A DNA stretch of 64,000 nucleotides from contig JANJGN010000007.1 in the NCBI GenBank assembly GCA_026770705.1, forward strand, positions 109,988,001 to 110,052,000. The letters run 5' to 3'. Made by a program: the position numbers and the translations under genes. This document shows, one piece after another, positions 23,354-37,861 of the stretch. Source of the DNA: Isurus oxyrinchus. Taxonomy: Eukaryota. The notes under the pieces are model-generated. The model was not told the origin of the DNA and did no database searches. It was given only the letters and a program-made list of their open reading frames with translations. Positions within the stretch are counted from its first letter, which is position 1, and each line of letters starts with the position of its first letter.

Positions 23354-26300
23354 TATCTACGTTAGCTTTCTGATGGTGATTGGGGATTCCACAATCAGCC
23401 AAATACCCTGCCTTCAAGTTTCCGCTCAAACGAACAAACATCACCTGATAGGGCATCTTCCCATTCTTTCAAGAGGAGTCAGGTGTAGGGGTTCACTGGT
23501 GGAGACACGATAACCAGGAGAGCTTAGATGACGAGGAAGCGAAGAGACAATATAATCTTCCATTAAAGGGGGAGACGCCCTCTGTCTCTTGAATTCTTGA
23601 ATGTGAGATTCAAAGAATCTGTCCGCTATTACTACTATGTGTACTGCCGGGAAGGATAGTCAGGGATAGAACCGGCTCAGAGATTCTTGCGCCGGTTGAG
23701 TCGCAGGTTCGGGATGTTGCAGGAGTCAATCATGCAACAGGTACTTGGCGAAATTCCATCGAGGTAGCGAAGAGTGTGGGAATGGGACACCTGCCCAGGT
23801 TTTTGTATTTAGTGCCAGCAGCAAACCAGCCTAGAGCTAAGATTACCGATTTACGGGGAAGCTTATTTGCAAGTGTTTTTCTTTAATGTAGCCAGTTATA
23901 TATTTGTTAAAGTTTACAATTTCGTTACTGTGGAAGCATGATCCACATTCTTTTTAAAAGGTAGATGAATAAAAACGTCAATAAGGCGAACTAGATTAAT
24001 TTTTCGGGGCCAACTTAGCACACTGAGCAAATGCATTCCTACACTGCAAAGTAGTATGACTCTATAACCAAATAAACTAGGATTCGATAACCAACGAGTC
24101 CAGATTTACGAAAATTGACTAAAGAACAACAGGCGAAGGGAAGATAAATTGTTTTGCAAAGTAAGTTGCTATGATCAGGAATTTCCTGCCTGGAAGCAGC
24201 AATAGTAATTTTCAGGGGGAAATTGGATAGAAACTACAAAATAAATTCGGCGCTTTGCAGAAAGAGCTGTAGAGTGAGGTTAATTGCATTGTTCTTTCAA
24301 AGATCCAATACAGACACGATGGGCCAAATTCTCCATGACTCAGTACATGTTTCACTTTTCTTTCTCTTTTTAAGTGTCCATGTAATTTCTGGTTCATGTT
24401 CAATAATGCTTGAAGACGCAGAAGTTAAAAACGCTCCAATAAAACACCACGTTAAAGGACCTGTCCTAAAATTATGTTTTAAATTACAGGCTACAGAAAT
24501 AAAATAATAATTAATATTTCAAAATCAAAATCATTTTCTTTTCCTCCCAATTTTTTTCATTCTTCTGATTGAATCTAAATTCTAAAGCCATTTCACCAAC
24601 TCCACTGCGCAAATCAGTTGTTTTACCCTGAAGATCTCAGTGTGACTCCAGTTTAGGAACCATGCGACAATTAGAACAGGGACCAACACTCCGAAGCAAC
24701 GAACCACGGTGGGAATGTACGAGCCTTCCAGCACTTTAAGGTATACGGCATCAACCAGCAGTGGAGCTGCATACAGCTGCCAAGAGTGTCATCTTTCTCT
24801 TCAGACTCCAACATTGTCAATTAAAAATGTGAATGTAAGGTCATTTTTTTTTCAAAAACTCTTGCTCGTTTGTCGCCTCTCTTAATACAAGGGCGTTTGT
24901 GAATGCATGTTAGCATTTGGCGCTGTTGCATTCCTTTGTCACATTATGGATTTAATGCTTCAATCGCATTTTGTTATTTGTTGGCATTTATTTGAATATT
25001 TTTAAAACATACCTGTATTTGTATTAAATGCCGATTAAACGATTTGTTCTGATCCCATGTATCCCTTTGGTTTTTTTGTTGGTGTTGGTTTTATTGATAT
25101 TAACGCCTGTTGGCCTTACATCTCTGCAACTCTTTGCAGTCGCTGCTAACGTCGTTGTCGTCTCTTTGACGTTCGGCATTTAGTGGGTATGTTGGTAATA
25201 ACGGCGCTGCGTTGGAGATTATTTGAAGCTGAGGTGCTGCCAAAGGTGAGACACGCCTTTATTACCAGAACGCAGCGTCGCTTTGAAGATCAAACTTTTG
25301 CAATAAATCTGCAAAGTCGCGCTAACCGATAGGAGATGGCAATTAAGATCTTTGGTGATGGACATTTGGATAACACTTCACACGTTGAAAGCAATGAGAT
25401 ATTCTCCCGGGAAATTGCTGATGCACAGTTCCGACTATTGTTGCTCCGGACAAGCATTATCTTGCCAGAGACAACGACTTCCTCTGGAGTAGCAACGTTG
25501 GGAAGATATTTGGGGAGTTACCATGTTGTGGGGAAATGGTGGAAGCGATTATAAAAAGCCATATAAGATTGCACCAGAAAGGGCAGCCAGACGAATTTTT
25601 TCTAAGTTATCGCACGAGAGTAAAATGCCAACCGCCTCGATAACGGGCTAATGATTTGGTTTTTTACATCCTACACGGTCACCAGAATTGCCAGAGTCCT
25701 TTGCAGTCAACATTTGAAGTATGGTCAATGTTTTGATTGGGAAGCGTCACTGCAAACTTGCGCACAGCAAATCCACAAATTAGCAACGTGATTATGACCA
25801 GAAAACCCGTTTTCTTTTTGAGTGATGGAACGATTCGGTCATTGAAATTATGAAAGAGTTTGATATGGTTGATCCAAAGAAAATGTGTTCACTCGTGATG
25901 GAATCCAGAACTAGAGGGCAGAAATGGATAGCCATAAATGAATCGAATAGGTAATTCGTGAGAAGTTTCTATAGCGAGTAAGTGGTAAGAATGTGGAGCA
26001 TGCGAGAGAAACGAGTAACTGAGGAGAATAGACTACACACGTTTAAAGGGGAAGATTGATATACATATGTGGCAGGAAGATATATGCAGATTGGGATAGA
26101 AGAAGAGGAGGGAGGAGCATAAATGCCAGCAGATATCTGCTGGACCGAATAGCCTGTTTTGTGCTGTAGGCTCTATGCATTTGTATGCAATGCAGAACAG
26201 AACATGTTAGAAACACTTGATGAGAAAGATAAGTTAACGGTTCAGTCATAGCCCTTCATCAGAACTGGAAAGATGAAGAGGAAATCACAAATGACACAGA

Positions 26301-27005
26301 TGTTAATATCATGTCTTAAAAGTAGAAAGACGTACTGAAATGTTTCCAAAGAACTAACCAAAAAGAAAAATACATCCAGTCAAATAAATCGTATTAAAAG
26401 GGAGGAAGCAAAAAGTTGATCGAAGAGGTGGTTTTAACGAACAATATTAATGGGAGAGAAAGAATGCACAAGCGATGTCGTTGAAAGAGAGAATGGTGTC
26501 TAGACAATGGAGGTAAAATGATAATATTATATTACACTCCAGCAGTAGAAGAATGCAGATATGGGGGAGCGATTGGCTGGACGAGTTGTTGAGATAGGGA
26601 AGGGCACGGCCAAAAGGTATGAGAATTTCAGGGGTTGGGAAGTAATTGTAAGTCGGCCAGGATAGGAATGATGGGTGAGCAGGGCTAGGTGAAGGATGGG
26701 ATACGGCACCAAAGTTTTGAATGAACTAAAGTTTATGGAAATTGAAAGTCAGCGGGGTGGAAACAGACACCTAGGATTGCTAAAATGTAATTGGAGATTC
26801 CTTTGACTATGTGTGGTGCTGTAAATGGGTCGGCAGTCTGTTTTACATCTCTCCAGATTTATGTTTCCATTAACTTCTATTGATCAATATTGGGATTTAA
26901 CTTGCCAAGGATAACTGTTTCTGTTACAGAGGATTGAGATGGGATGCAGACGGATAATGTCACAGAGGGAGAAGTAGACAATCTTTGCAATGAAGAAGAT
27001 GTGCG
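23354..27005 (+). pseudogene. IgSF receptor copy C, an older diverged pseudogene (V, C1, TM, cytoplasmic exon 1)
   Basis: V remnant about 23354-23694 (ISQIP, VGVHWWR, FLNVRFKESVRYYY, DRTGSEIL); C1 remnant 24588-24834 (SPTPL, FYPEDLSV, GMYEPSSTL, YSCQECHLSLQTP, |GTAAG); TM remnant 25140-25245; cytoplasmic exon 26930-27005 ending NEEDV..|GT like NEEAV of copy B; frameshifts or stops in each. Confidence 0.8.
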
Positions 27006-28349
27006 GTCGCCATCACAGAGAATTTCATTTGTGAATTTGATTAGCACCTGCTTGATGGAAATCTGAATATCCAATAAGACGGGAATGGAACAAACGGAAG
27101 AGTGGTGGAAAAATAAACATGTTGTTTGATCGAGGAAGGAGAATGATCCCCTGCTTTCCATTAAATATTCCACCATTTCCAGTCTGCCGATGTATGCGTT
27201 CACATGCCTATCGGTGTATGCGTGTATATGATCGTGCATACGGATGTGTGTGTGTCCTACAATACAGCAGTGCCTACACTTCATTGGCTGTAAAGCGCTT
27301 TGCGACAACCTGACGCCATGGAAGGTGTTACGAAGGTACGAATCTTTCAATTTATGATTATTGCTGAAAAAAGAGACAGCTGTCAAAGCTTTTCATCTTT
27401 CACTCACCAGGATAAGTTCGCAAGAATAACTAATATCAAAGTCTTTCTTTGTGAGTTGGACTCTTCTTTCCATTTCTGCTTCTTTGTAAATGTTTCCTAT
27501 CTGTAATTTGTTCAATTCTGATAAAGGCCACAGAGGCATCCATTTTAGATTTCTGTTTGTAATGCGCCGCGATTGTTGCTGCCCAATTTGGCAACTTGTG
27601 TATAAAGAAAGGTCTCTTCTTACAGCTGATTTCTTCACTTAGCTAATCATTTACCAGCAAATGCATTCGGAGCTGGAGGGAAATTGCAAAAACTGCACAG
27701 CGATTCTGCTAACGATATAATGGAAACACTTGTGGTTAGCGGGTGCGCCCATCTCAGGACGTGCAAGCTGCACAATACTTGCGCTGAAAAGAAGTATAAT
27801 TTAAGAAATTAATTTGAAATCTCGCCTTTCTCAACCAAACCTTTCTAAATATGCTGATTCTGAAACTTGAAATGCGAAGCAATCATCTTGAAATCAGTTA
27901 AATGTCAATGTTAAAATATAGTTAATTTTAGAGATGTGTAATGGTTTTTCTGAGAACGTCCTAGAAATACCTCTCAGCATACCGCCCTCTCGGTTATTAT
28001 CAGCTGCAACAGAGAATAACGTTATCATTCAGCAAGTTTTCATTATGGGTAATGTCATCCAGGACACTGGATTTGAACGGAGAGATGCCCTTATTGTAGA
28101 AAGAAAATCAGACTAGTCTAATTAACGAAAGGAAAAGGAAAATAACTTGAATTTACGTAGTGCATTTTCTGAACGTTTGAGATCCCAGAGCGCGTTAAAG
28201 CCAATTAAAACCTTTTGACATCTTGTTTGTGTTTTAACGTAGGAAACGTAGCAGCCATGTTGCCATTGGCAATGTCCCACAACATAAACATTACAATGAG
28301 CAGCTGATTTGCATTAATGAAGTTGGTTGAGGGATGAATTCAGGGATGA

Positions 28350-29500
28350 CAAGGACAACAGCAACCTGATGCTGGAGGAAAGTTATAGGTCATGGAATAA
28401 AGGGGGCAGTAGCAACGTGGATACAAGATTGGCTGAGGGATAGGAAACAGAGAGTAATGGTTAATGGGTATTTTTCGGGCTGGAAGTAGGTTCGTAGTGG
28501 AGTTCCCCAGTGGTCGGTATTGGGACCCTTGCTTTTCCTAATATATATAAATTATCCAGATCTTGGTGTGCAGGGGGCAATTTCAAAGTTTGCAGACGAC
28601 ACAAAACTTGGGAGAATTGTAAACTGTGAGGAGGACAGAGTAAGAACTTCAAAAGGACATTGATACATTGGTGGAATGGGGAGATAGCTGACAGATGAAG
28701 TTCAATGTGAAGAAGTGTGAGGTGATACACTTTGGTACAAAGAACAAGGAGAGACAGCATAAAATAAAGGATACTACTCTAAAGGGTGTGCCGGAGCAGC
28801 GATACCTGGGTGTATATGTACATAGGTCATGGCATGACAGGTAGGGTGACCTGTTTTCTGAAAATATACAGTATTCTAGGCTTCATTAATAGGGACATAG
28901 AGTACAGGAACAAGGAGGTTAGGAGGAACTTATAGAAGACACTGGTTGGACCTCAGCTGGAGTATTGTGTACAGTTCTGGGCATTACACTATAGGAAGGA
29001 TGTGAACGCATTTGAGCGAGTGAAGAAGAGGTTTACGAGAATGGTTCCAGGGATGAGACACTTCAGTTATGAGGAAAGATTGCAGTATTTGGGACTGTTT
29101 ACCTTGGAGAGGAGAAGGCTAAGTGGAGACTTGATAGAAGTTTTCAAAATCATCCCGGTTCTGCGCAGAATAGTTTGAGAGAAATTGTTCCCACTTGTAA
29201 ACAGACTGAGAACCGAAGGGCACAGTTTTAAAGTGTTTTGTAAAATAAGCAAATAAAAGGTAAGAAAATACTTTTCCACACATAGGGCGAATTGGGTCTG
29301 GAATGCACTGCCTGGAAGTGTGGTGGAGGCAGGTTCAACTGAGGCATTCAAGAGGTCATTGGATGGTTACCTAAATAGAAACAATGTGCAGGGTTACGGG
29401 AAAAAGGTAGGAGATTGGCACTAAGTTAAAATGCTCAGAGAGCAGGTGCAGACATGATAGGCTGAATGGTCTCCTTCCACACCATAATAATTCTGTGATT
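28350..29500 (+). mobile_element. CR1 RT/3' fragment
   Basis: [29 protein letters not shown]1-like tail. Confidence 0.88.
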
Positions 29501-31261
29501 TTGGATCATGCTACGAACAACGTAACTCTCCTTTTCACTTATACAGTTACATTCTGTAAAGGGAGACCAACAAGGACAATATCAATGTCCTCATGCACCA
29601 TGGTTCACTGGTACAGATATAGAGACGATGTGTAAAGTGTGATGTCAGATCGCCTGGAACTCAAGGCCCAGAAGTGGAACTTCCATCCATTATTCTGGAT
29701 TACAGTAGAGTCCAGGTTCTGGATTTACATTGGGAAGTGGGAATAACATTCCATGGGAAATCACTGCATTTTAAAATAACTTTGCACCAACCATGCCCCT
29801 ACGATTGACCAATCATAATAATATGTGCATAAAATTATATTCACTTCTCGAAATTCTGGGAATGCTTGGTAAACTCCAAATACACAGCAAGTTTGCAGGC
29901 TTTTTAAATATGCCACTCTGAAGAAAGAAAGAATGATTTACATTAATATATAAGACCTCATTAACTCACTTATCAACTGTCCCAAAGTGCCTCACATTGA
30001 TTGCTTTGGGAATGGGAAAACCTGGAAATAAATGCACACAGCATGATCCCATTCACAATAGTAAAATGTCTTCTTCTTCAGTTCTTTAGTCAAAGATGGG
30101 TCCAACCCGTTGCACTGCAATCTACATCATAGTTAGGGCAAGGAGGCAGGTTCCAAATCCATCCTAGCCCGAAGGGGAATCAAACCCTATTTATTGCCAG
30201 TAAAGTGATCCACAACAGTTGTCCAAGCAACTGAAACATCTGCCCCCGCTGCCCACCCCCCCCCCCCCCCCCCACCCATGCCCCACTCCCAGACCCCATT
30301 CCCTCACCAAAAAAGTTGCACATTTACAAGCATGTTGTAGTCTGGAGCCATGAATAGTGATGGTAGAGGCTCTACTTTTTTTTCCATCACACAGCTGACC
30401 ATAAATCTCTCCACCTCCTGCTATTGGTGCATGTTCTAAAGCTTTACAGATTGATACTCAACCTGTTTGGCCAGATTATGAATGGACTTTTCTTGGCCAT
30501 CAAATCTTGGTGTGAGACTTGAACCCAGAGCTTCCAGCTCAGAGGCATGGATGCTACTACTGCACCACAAGACCTCGATGAGCAGAAAATATACAGCACT
30601 TTTCACAACTGCAAGATACTCCACAAACTTCACAACCAATAAATTATTTTTTTGTTGTTGCCATCATTGTAATGTAGAGAAAGATGGCAGGCAGTTAGCA
30701 AACTGAAAGGTCACACAAATGGAAATGAGCTAAAAGACCAGATCACCTGCAATTAGCAATGCTTTTTGATGGAATAATGCTGATCAGAACATTAGGAGAT
30801 CTCGATGTGAATTTGGATGTTTTAGGGCCCCCTAAAGAGACAGAGTGATCCAGGGTGTATTACCTCATGGTAAGAAGAACATCTTCAGAAAAGGAGGGTG
30901 TGATCAGCACTTTGGGGACACAGCTATTCAGGAGTGGTTATATGGCTGCAGTATGAACATTAAACTATCAAAATAATCACAAATTAAAATCAAGGCGCAA
31001 CTCTTTATCTGTGATTGATGTGATCTATTTACATATTTTGTTACATATTTGCACATCTCACAATTTAAATTGTCCCTCAGATTGTGCTAAAACTGAGGAA
31101 CTCACTGTAGTCTTCATGGGATTTAAAAACAAAGCAACGTAGAGAAAAGGGAGAGAATCTTGAGCCTGCCCCAACAAAAAAACCTCTCGATCCCTTTTAA
31201 CCCCCAATGCTTCCCTCACTTTAAAAAAAGCAATATCATGTTGTGGCACCTCTAGATATGT

Positions 31262-34170
31262 GTTGAAAGAGAAGCATGTTCCCTAAGTTTTTCATCTTGT
31301 CCTCATCAGGACAAATGCAAGAATTCAGAAATTCAAATGATCAAGAAAAGGGGTGCTGATCAGTTAACAAGTTGGCTCTCATTGGCCGAGGCATTGACAT
31401 GGAGAAAGCAGCAGGGAACATAAGAGCATAAGAAATAGGAACATCAGTAGGTCATTCAACTCTTCGAGCCCACTTGTACATTCAATAATATCATGGCTGA
31501 TCTTCTACTTCATCATCTCCCTCACTATCCCTATACCCCTTGATGTTTTTCATATGCAGAAATCTATCGATCTCACCCTTGAACATACTCAATGAGTGAT
31601 ACTCCACAGCCCACTGGAGCAGAGAATTCCAAAGACTCACCACCCTCTGAGTGAAGAACTCAGAGGCTCTCCATGTTTCCGGGTGATTCAAAAAGGGTAC
31701 ATGGCTTGAACATATTCCTTTTGTTTGCAGAGAATGAGTTTGTGCGTATGAATGTATGTCACTTCTAGCAAGTGTAAATGAGCTATGTCACAGGCTCACC
31801 TGCTTATTGTGTCACTACTGGCGGGCTCAGGATTATTCAGCAAGTGTTGCCCAGTTGCAGAATTACTTCTAACAGAAGTTGTTTTGTTTTGGGCTTTGGG
31901 ATTGTGGGCTGGTTAAGTATAGTCTGCACTATATTTTGAACAGCTGCAAGAGCATGTTTGATTTGATCAGCCAATCACTGGAACGTACAACCTGCTTGCT
32001 TGGCATCATAACATCATTTAACTTCATAGATGATATTACTCAGTTGTGTGCTAGGCAGAATGTCTGTTTGGACTGATAGCAGCACCTATTAGTGGAAAAT
32101 ACTGCTCACAAAGCCACTGCAGAGCATGTCATAACTTGTCTAAATGGCTGTTCACATTTTTGAGATACTTTGCTTTTCCAAGCTAATTTGAGGTAGACCA
32201 GTCACTTTTCAGAGCCAAGAGTGGCGACCTATGGCCTATTTGTGATTTTGCGCAATATACAGCAAACAGTGATCTGATCAGGATAGCCGTTGTTCTGCAG
32301 GATAGCTTTAGTGTGCTCCATTTCGGTGTCAAGTTAAATAGGGCCATATTTACCAGACTGCTGATAAGGCCAATCCTGTGCCATGTGGAGCTATATGAAT
32401 CCCGTATGTTAACCAGTGAAGATAGGCTTCTGATAGTCAGTAACAGACAAACCATTAGAAGATTTCTCAACTAGCATGTTGAGGAAAGGGAGCGCGTCAA
32501 GGAGAGGGAACTTGTGATGTACACGATAGGATCCTTATGCCTCACTACCTCCACACACGTATGGGCTGCCTAAGATGCACAAAGATGATGCCCCATTACG
32601 CCATATTTAATCTATGACTGATTCTGTGCAGCTTGAATTGGCCAATTGGTTGAGTAAATTACTACTTCCTGTTCTCAGCGAGTTTTCCGCGTACATAGTG
32701 AAGGATTACTTCACTTTTGCTAAGACTATACGCAATCTACATATTGATACCGATGCCTTGACTGTCTGCTCATTCAACACATTTAGCTTACTTGCAAATG
32801 TGTCGCTGAAGGAAGACATCGACATTTATGCTGCGTCACTATATCATGGCAATCTAGATGCGCCATCATTTTCCGAATCTGTATTCAATGAAAATATAAA
32901 CTTAGCAACTCGTACAGTCAAGTTCAGTTTTAATGACACCATATATGCCCAAATAGATTATTAGCCATGGGATCGGCTCTAGGTCCACCACCTGCTAATG
33001 TTTTTGTCGACTTCCACAAGAAATGCTTTATTGATGGGCTGAATCCTAACCTCCGACTCGATGCATATTTACAATATTAGATGAAGTGTTCGCTATCTTT
33101 GAATCTGCAGCCATATGTAATAATTTCCGTTGACACCTCAACGTGCTCCATCCCACGCTTTAATTCGTTTTTGAGATGCAGCAATCTAACGTGCTCCCTT
33201 TCCTCCACACGCTAGTTGAGAAATCCGTGAATGGTTTCTCCAATACTATCCACCGCAAGGCTACCTTTGTCAACCAATCTACAAATTGGGATTTGTGTAG
33301 TTCCTCACATTATAAGAATGGCATTATCAGCAATATTATAAATTGGGACCTGGCCGGTAATGGTGCGCATCAACAGCTATCCCGAAGGACAATGGCTGAC
33401 CTGATCAGATTTTGATCACTGTATAATCACACAAACTCACAAATGGGCCAATGGTCACATTTTTGGACTGAAAAGTGCCCCGTATACCTCAACTTAAGCT
33501 GGGAAGGTAAAGTATCTCAAAATTTGAACAGGTTTAGCAAGCCATATTGCCTGCAACAATGCAGTGCTGAAGCTAGTGGTATTCTCCACTAATCGGATGC
33601 ACCTGTAATTCCAAACAGGCATTCTGCCCACCACACAATCGAGTAATGTCATGCACTGGTGTGATGCCAGGTATGTAGGTTGTACATCCCAATGATTGGC
33701 TGATCGAATCAAACCACATGTTTCTCCGGCTGTTCTTAATATAAAGAGTACAGTCCATGCTTGCAAAATCCAAAAAAAGCATCTACTGTTAGATATGATT
33801 GGACAGCACTTGCTGAACAATAGTAAGTGCGCTAAAAGCTCCAAAGCAAACAATATAAGTTCATGAGTCCAGGTGGTAACATGGCTCATTTAACGTGCTA
33901 CAAGCAACTGACATTGAAACACAGTGACCTGTTCTCGGCAAATAAAAGGAATATGGATTGCACATTTTTTGAATTACCTAGAAGCATGGAGAACTTATAG
34001 TTCCCCGTTCATTCCATCATGGCAACATATCAACCAAACAGAGCAGACATATCAACCAATCACTATTTCTTTTCTCCTGTTGTATAAATTGCTCTGATCC
34101 ATTGAAATATGGCATTCTTGCATTTGACCTGATGAGCGCAAGACAACATGTCTCTTTTCAGCAATATAAA
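31262..34170 (+). mobile_element. Second Penelope-like family: RT plus GIY-YIG remnant on + (32520-34170) with an inverted 3' copy on - (31262-32490)
   Basis: YGLPKMHK..PLRH, AMGSALGP, LPFL..LV, YVGCTSQ*LADRIKPH; CTGATGA hammerhead cores at 34129 (+) and 31303-31309 (-); CR1 tail nested at about 31425-31660. Confidence 0.78.
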
Positions 34171-34329
34171 TATTTCTGATCTCATCCTTTACGAGTTGAG
34201 CTGCCCAGCCCTTTAGTTATGGCAGTTACAGTTAAAATGCTGGTAGTTGTTTTGCTCATCAAGACTATTGAAAAAATATGCATCGCATATGGAGGGTGAA
34301 AAAACATAATTTGAAAAAGAGGAAAAATG

Positions 34330-37300
34330 TCTCTTCAAAGTCTGTGAATGCAATAGTTATAGGGGATTCAGTTGTAAGCGGATTAGATAGACATGTCTGT
34401 GGCCGCAAATGAGACTCCAGCATGGTATGTGGCCTCACTGGTGCTAGGGAAAGGATGTCTCTTGGCATTCTGAAAGGGGGGGGAGGAGCGGTGAACAGCA
34501 CGTGTTCATGGTACACACTGGTAGAAATGACATAGGTTACAAAAAGGGATGAGGTCCTAAAAGCAGAATATAGGGTGTTAGGAAGTAAGTTGAAAAGTAG
34601 GACCTCAAAGGTAGTGATCTCAGGATTAGTACCAATGGCACATGCTAGTCAGAGTAGAAATAGCAGGATATATCAGATGAATGTGTGGCTAAAGAGATGG
34701 TGTGAGGGGGAGGGTTGCAGATTCCTGGGGCATTGGTACCAGTTCTGGGGGAGGTGGGCCCAGTGCAAACTGGACGGGTTACACCTGGGCAGGACCAGGG
34801 CTGATGTCTTAGGGGAAATATTTGCTAGAGTGGTTGGGGAGGGTTAAACTATAATGGCAGCGGGATGGGAACCTATGCAAGGAGTCAAAGGAAAGGAATC
34901 AAGGACAAGAACAAAAGACAGAAAGGGAAATCAGAAAAGTGATAGGCAGAGAAATAGATAGGCAGAGGCAGGGACTCAGTGAAATACAGTGGGAATGGGA
35001 CAGGCCTTAAGGCAATGTGCCTAAATGCGATGAATTAACTATGCAAATAGATGTAAACAGGTATGATATAGTCAGGATTGCAGAGACATGGCTGCAGGGT
35101 GACCAGGGATGGGAACTGAACATCCAGGGGTATTCAGTATTTAGGAAGGACAGAAAAGAAGGAAAAGGCAATGGAGTTGCATTGCTGGTTAAAGAGGAAA
35201 TTAACACAATAGTGAGGAAAGATATTAGCTCCGACGATGTGGAATTTGCATGGGTAGAGCTGAGAAACACTAAGGGGCAAAAAATGTTACAGGGGGTTGT
35301 ATATAGACCCCTAAACTGTAGTAGTGATGTTGGGAATAGCATTAAACAGGAAATTAGAGACGCATGCAATAAACATCTGTAATTATGGGTGACTTTAATT
35401 TGCATATAGATTGGGAAAATCAAATTAGTAACAATACCGTAGACGAGGGATTCCTGGCGTGTATATGGGATGTTTCTCTGGACCAATACATTGAGGGACC
35501 AATTAGAGAACAGGCCATCCTAAACTGGGTATTGTGAAATGAAAAAAGAATAATTGGCAATCTAGTTGTGCGAGGCCCCTTGAGGATGAGCAACCATAAA
35601 CGATAGAATTCTTCATCAAGATGGAGAGTGAAGGGTTTGATTCTGAGACTAGGATTCTGAATCTTAATAAAGGAAACTATGATGGTATGAGGCATGAGTT
35701 GGCTATGATGGGAAACATTACTTAAAGGGATGACCATGGCTAGGCAATGGTAAACATTCAAAGAGCACATGGATGAACTGCAACAATTGTTTACTCCTGT
35801 CTGGTGCAAAAGTAAAACAGGAGAGGTGGCCAAACCATGGCTTACAAGGAAAATTAGAGATAATATTAGATGCAAGGAAGAGGCATACAAATTGTCCAGA
35901 AAAAGCAACAGGCCTGAGGATTGGGTGAAGCTTAGAATTCAGCAAAGGAGGACCAAGGGATTGATTAAGAAGGGGAAAATAGAGTACGAGAGTAAGCTTG
36001 CAGGAAACATAAAAACTGATTGTAAAAGTTTATTTAAGTATGTGAAGAGAAAAAGATTGGTGAAGACAAATGTATTGTCCCTTACAGTCAGAAAGGGGAA
36101 TTTATAATGGGGAACAAAGAAATGGCTAACCAACTAAATACATACTTTAGTTCAGTCTTCACAAAGGAGGATACAAATAAAATACCAGAAATGTTGGGGA
36201 ACACAGGGTTTAGTGAGAGGGAGGAGCTGAAAGAAATCATGATTAGTAGGGAAATGGTGTTTGGAAAATTGATGGGAGTGAAGACCAATAAATCCCCAGG
36301 GCCTGATAATATACATCCCAGAGTACTTAGAGAAGTGGCCCTTGAAATAGGGGATGCATTGGTGGTCATCTTCCGAGATTCTATAGACTCTGGCACAGTT
36401 CCGACAGATTGGAGGGTAGCTAATGTAACCCCACTATTTAAAAGGGGAGGTTGAGAGAAAACGGAATTATAGACCAGTCCGCCTGACGTTGGTAGTGAGG
36501 AAAACTCTAGAGTCCATTATAAAAGATTTATTAGCTGAGTACGTGGAAAACAGTGGCAGAGTCAAACAGAGCCAGCATGGACTTATGAAAGGAATATCAT
36601 GCTTGACAAATCTACTGGAATTTTTCGAGGATGTAACTAGTAGAGTTCATGAGGAGGAGCTAGTTGATGTGGTTTATTTTGACTTTCAGAAGCCTTTCAA
36701 CAAAGTCCCACATAAGAGATTGGTGTGTAAAATTAAAGCTCATGGGAATGAAGGTACTGTTTGAGATGGATAGAAAACTGGTTGTCAGACAGGAAACAAA
36801 AAGTAGGTATAAATGGTTCTTTTTCCGAATGGCAGACAGTGACTAGTGGGGTAACGCAGGGATCAGTGCTGTGACCCCAGTTATTCACAATATATATTAA
36901 TGATTTAGATGAGGAACCTAAATGTAATGTCTATGAATTTGCAGAAGACACAATGCTGGGTGGGAGGGGGAGCTGTGAGGAGGATGCAGAGATGCTTCTG
37001 TGTGATTTGTACAATCTGAGTGAATGGGCAAATCCATGGCAGATGCAGTATAATGTGGATAAATGCGAGGTTATCCACTTAGGTGGCAAAAACAGGAAAG
37101 CAGATTATTATATGAATGGCTATAAATTGAGAGAGGGGAATGTGCAACGAGACCTGGGTGTTCTTGTACACCAGTCACTGAAGGGAAGTTTGCAGGTGCA
37201 GCAGGCGGTAAAGAAGGCAAATGGTATGTTGGCCTTCATAGCCAGAGGGTTCAAGCACAGGAACAGGGATGTCTAGCCGCAATTGGACAGGGCCTTGGTG

Positions 37301-37860
37301 AGACCATGCCTGGAATATTGTGTGCAAGTTTGGTCTCCTTGTCTGAGGAACAATGTACTTGATATAGGGGGAGTGCAGTGAAGGTTTACCAGACTGATTC
37401 CTGGGATGGTGGGACTAACATATGAGGAGAGATTGAGTCATTTAGGATTATATTCACTGGAGTTCAGAAGAATGAGAGAGGTTCTCATAGAAGCGTATAA
37501 AGTTCTAACAGGAGGAGACAAGGTAGATGCAGGAAGGATGTTCCCGATGGTGGGGGAGTCCAGAACCAGGGGTCACTGTCTGAGGATATGGGGTAGACCA
37601 TTTAGGATGGAGATGAGGAGAAATATCTTCACCAGAGAATGGTAAGCCTGTGGAATTCGTTACCACAGAAAGTAGTTGAGGCCAAAACATTGTATATTTT
37701 CAAGAAGGAGTTAGATATAGCTCTTGGGGCAAAAGGGATCAAAGGATATGGGGAGAAAGCGGGAGCAGGTTATTGAGTTGGGTGATCGGGCGTGATCATA
37801 ATAAATGGCAGAGCAGGTTCGAAGGGCCGAATGGCCTACTCCTACTCCTATGTTTCTATG
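34330..37860 (+). mobile_element. Near full-length degenerate CR1 LINE (ORF1 SGNH, ORF2 APE-RT)
   Basis: VIGDSVV, DGLHL, IAETWL, GDFN, SPGPDNIHPRVL, DFQKPFNKVPH, 3' TATGTTTCTATG. Confidence 0.92.
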
Positions 37861-37861
37861 A

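Noticed and set aside
34330-37860. An active autonomous LINE
   Set aside because: ORF2 is broken by many stops and frameshifts.
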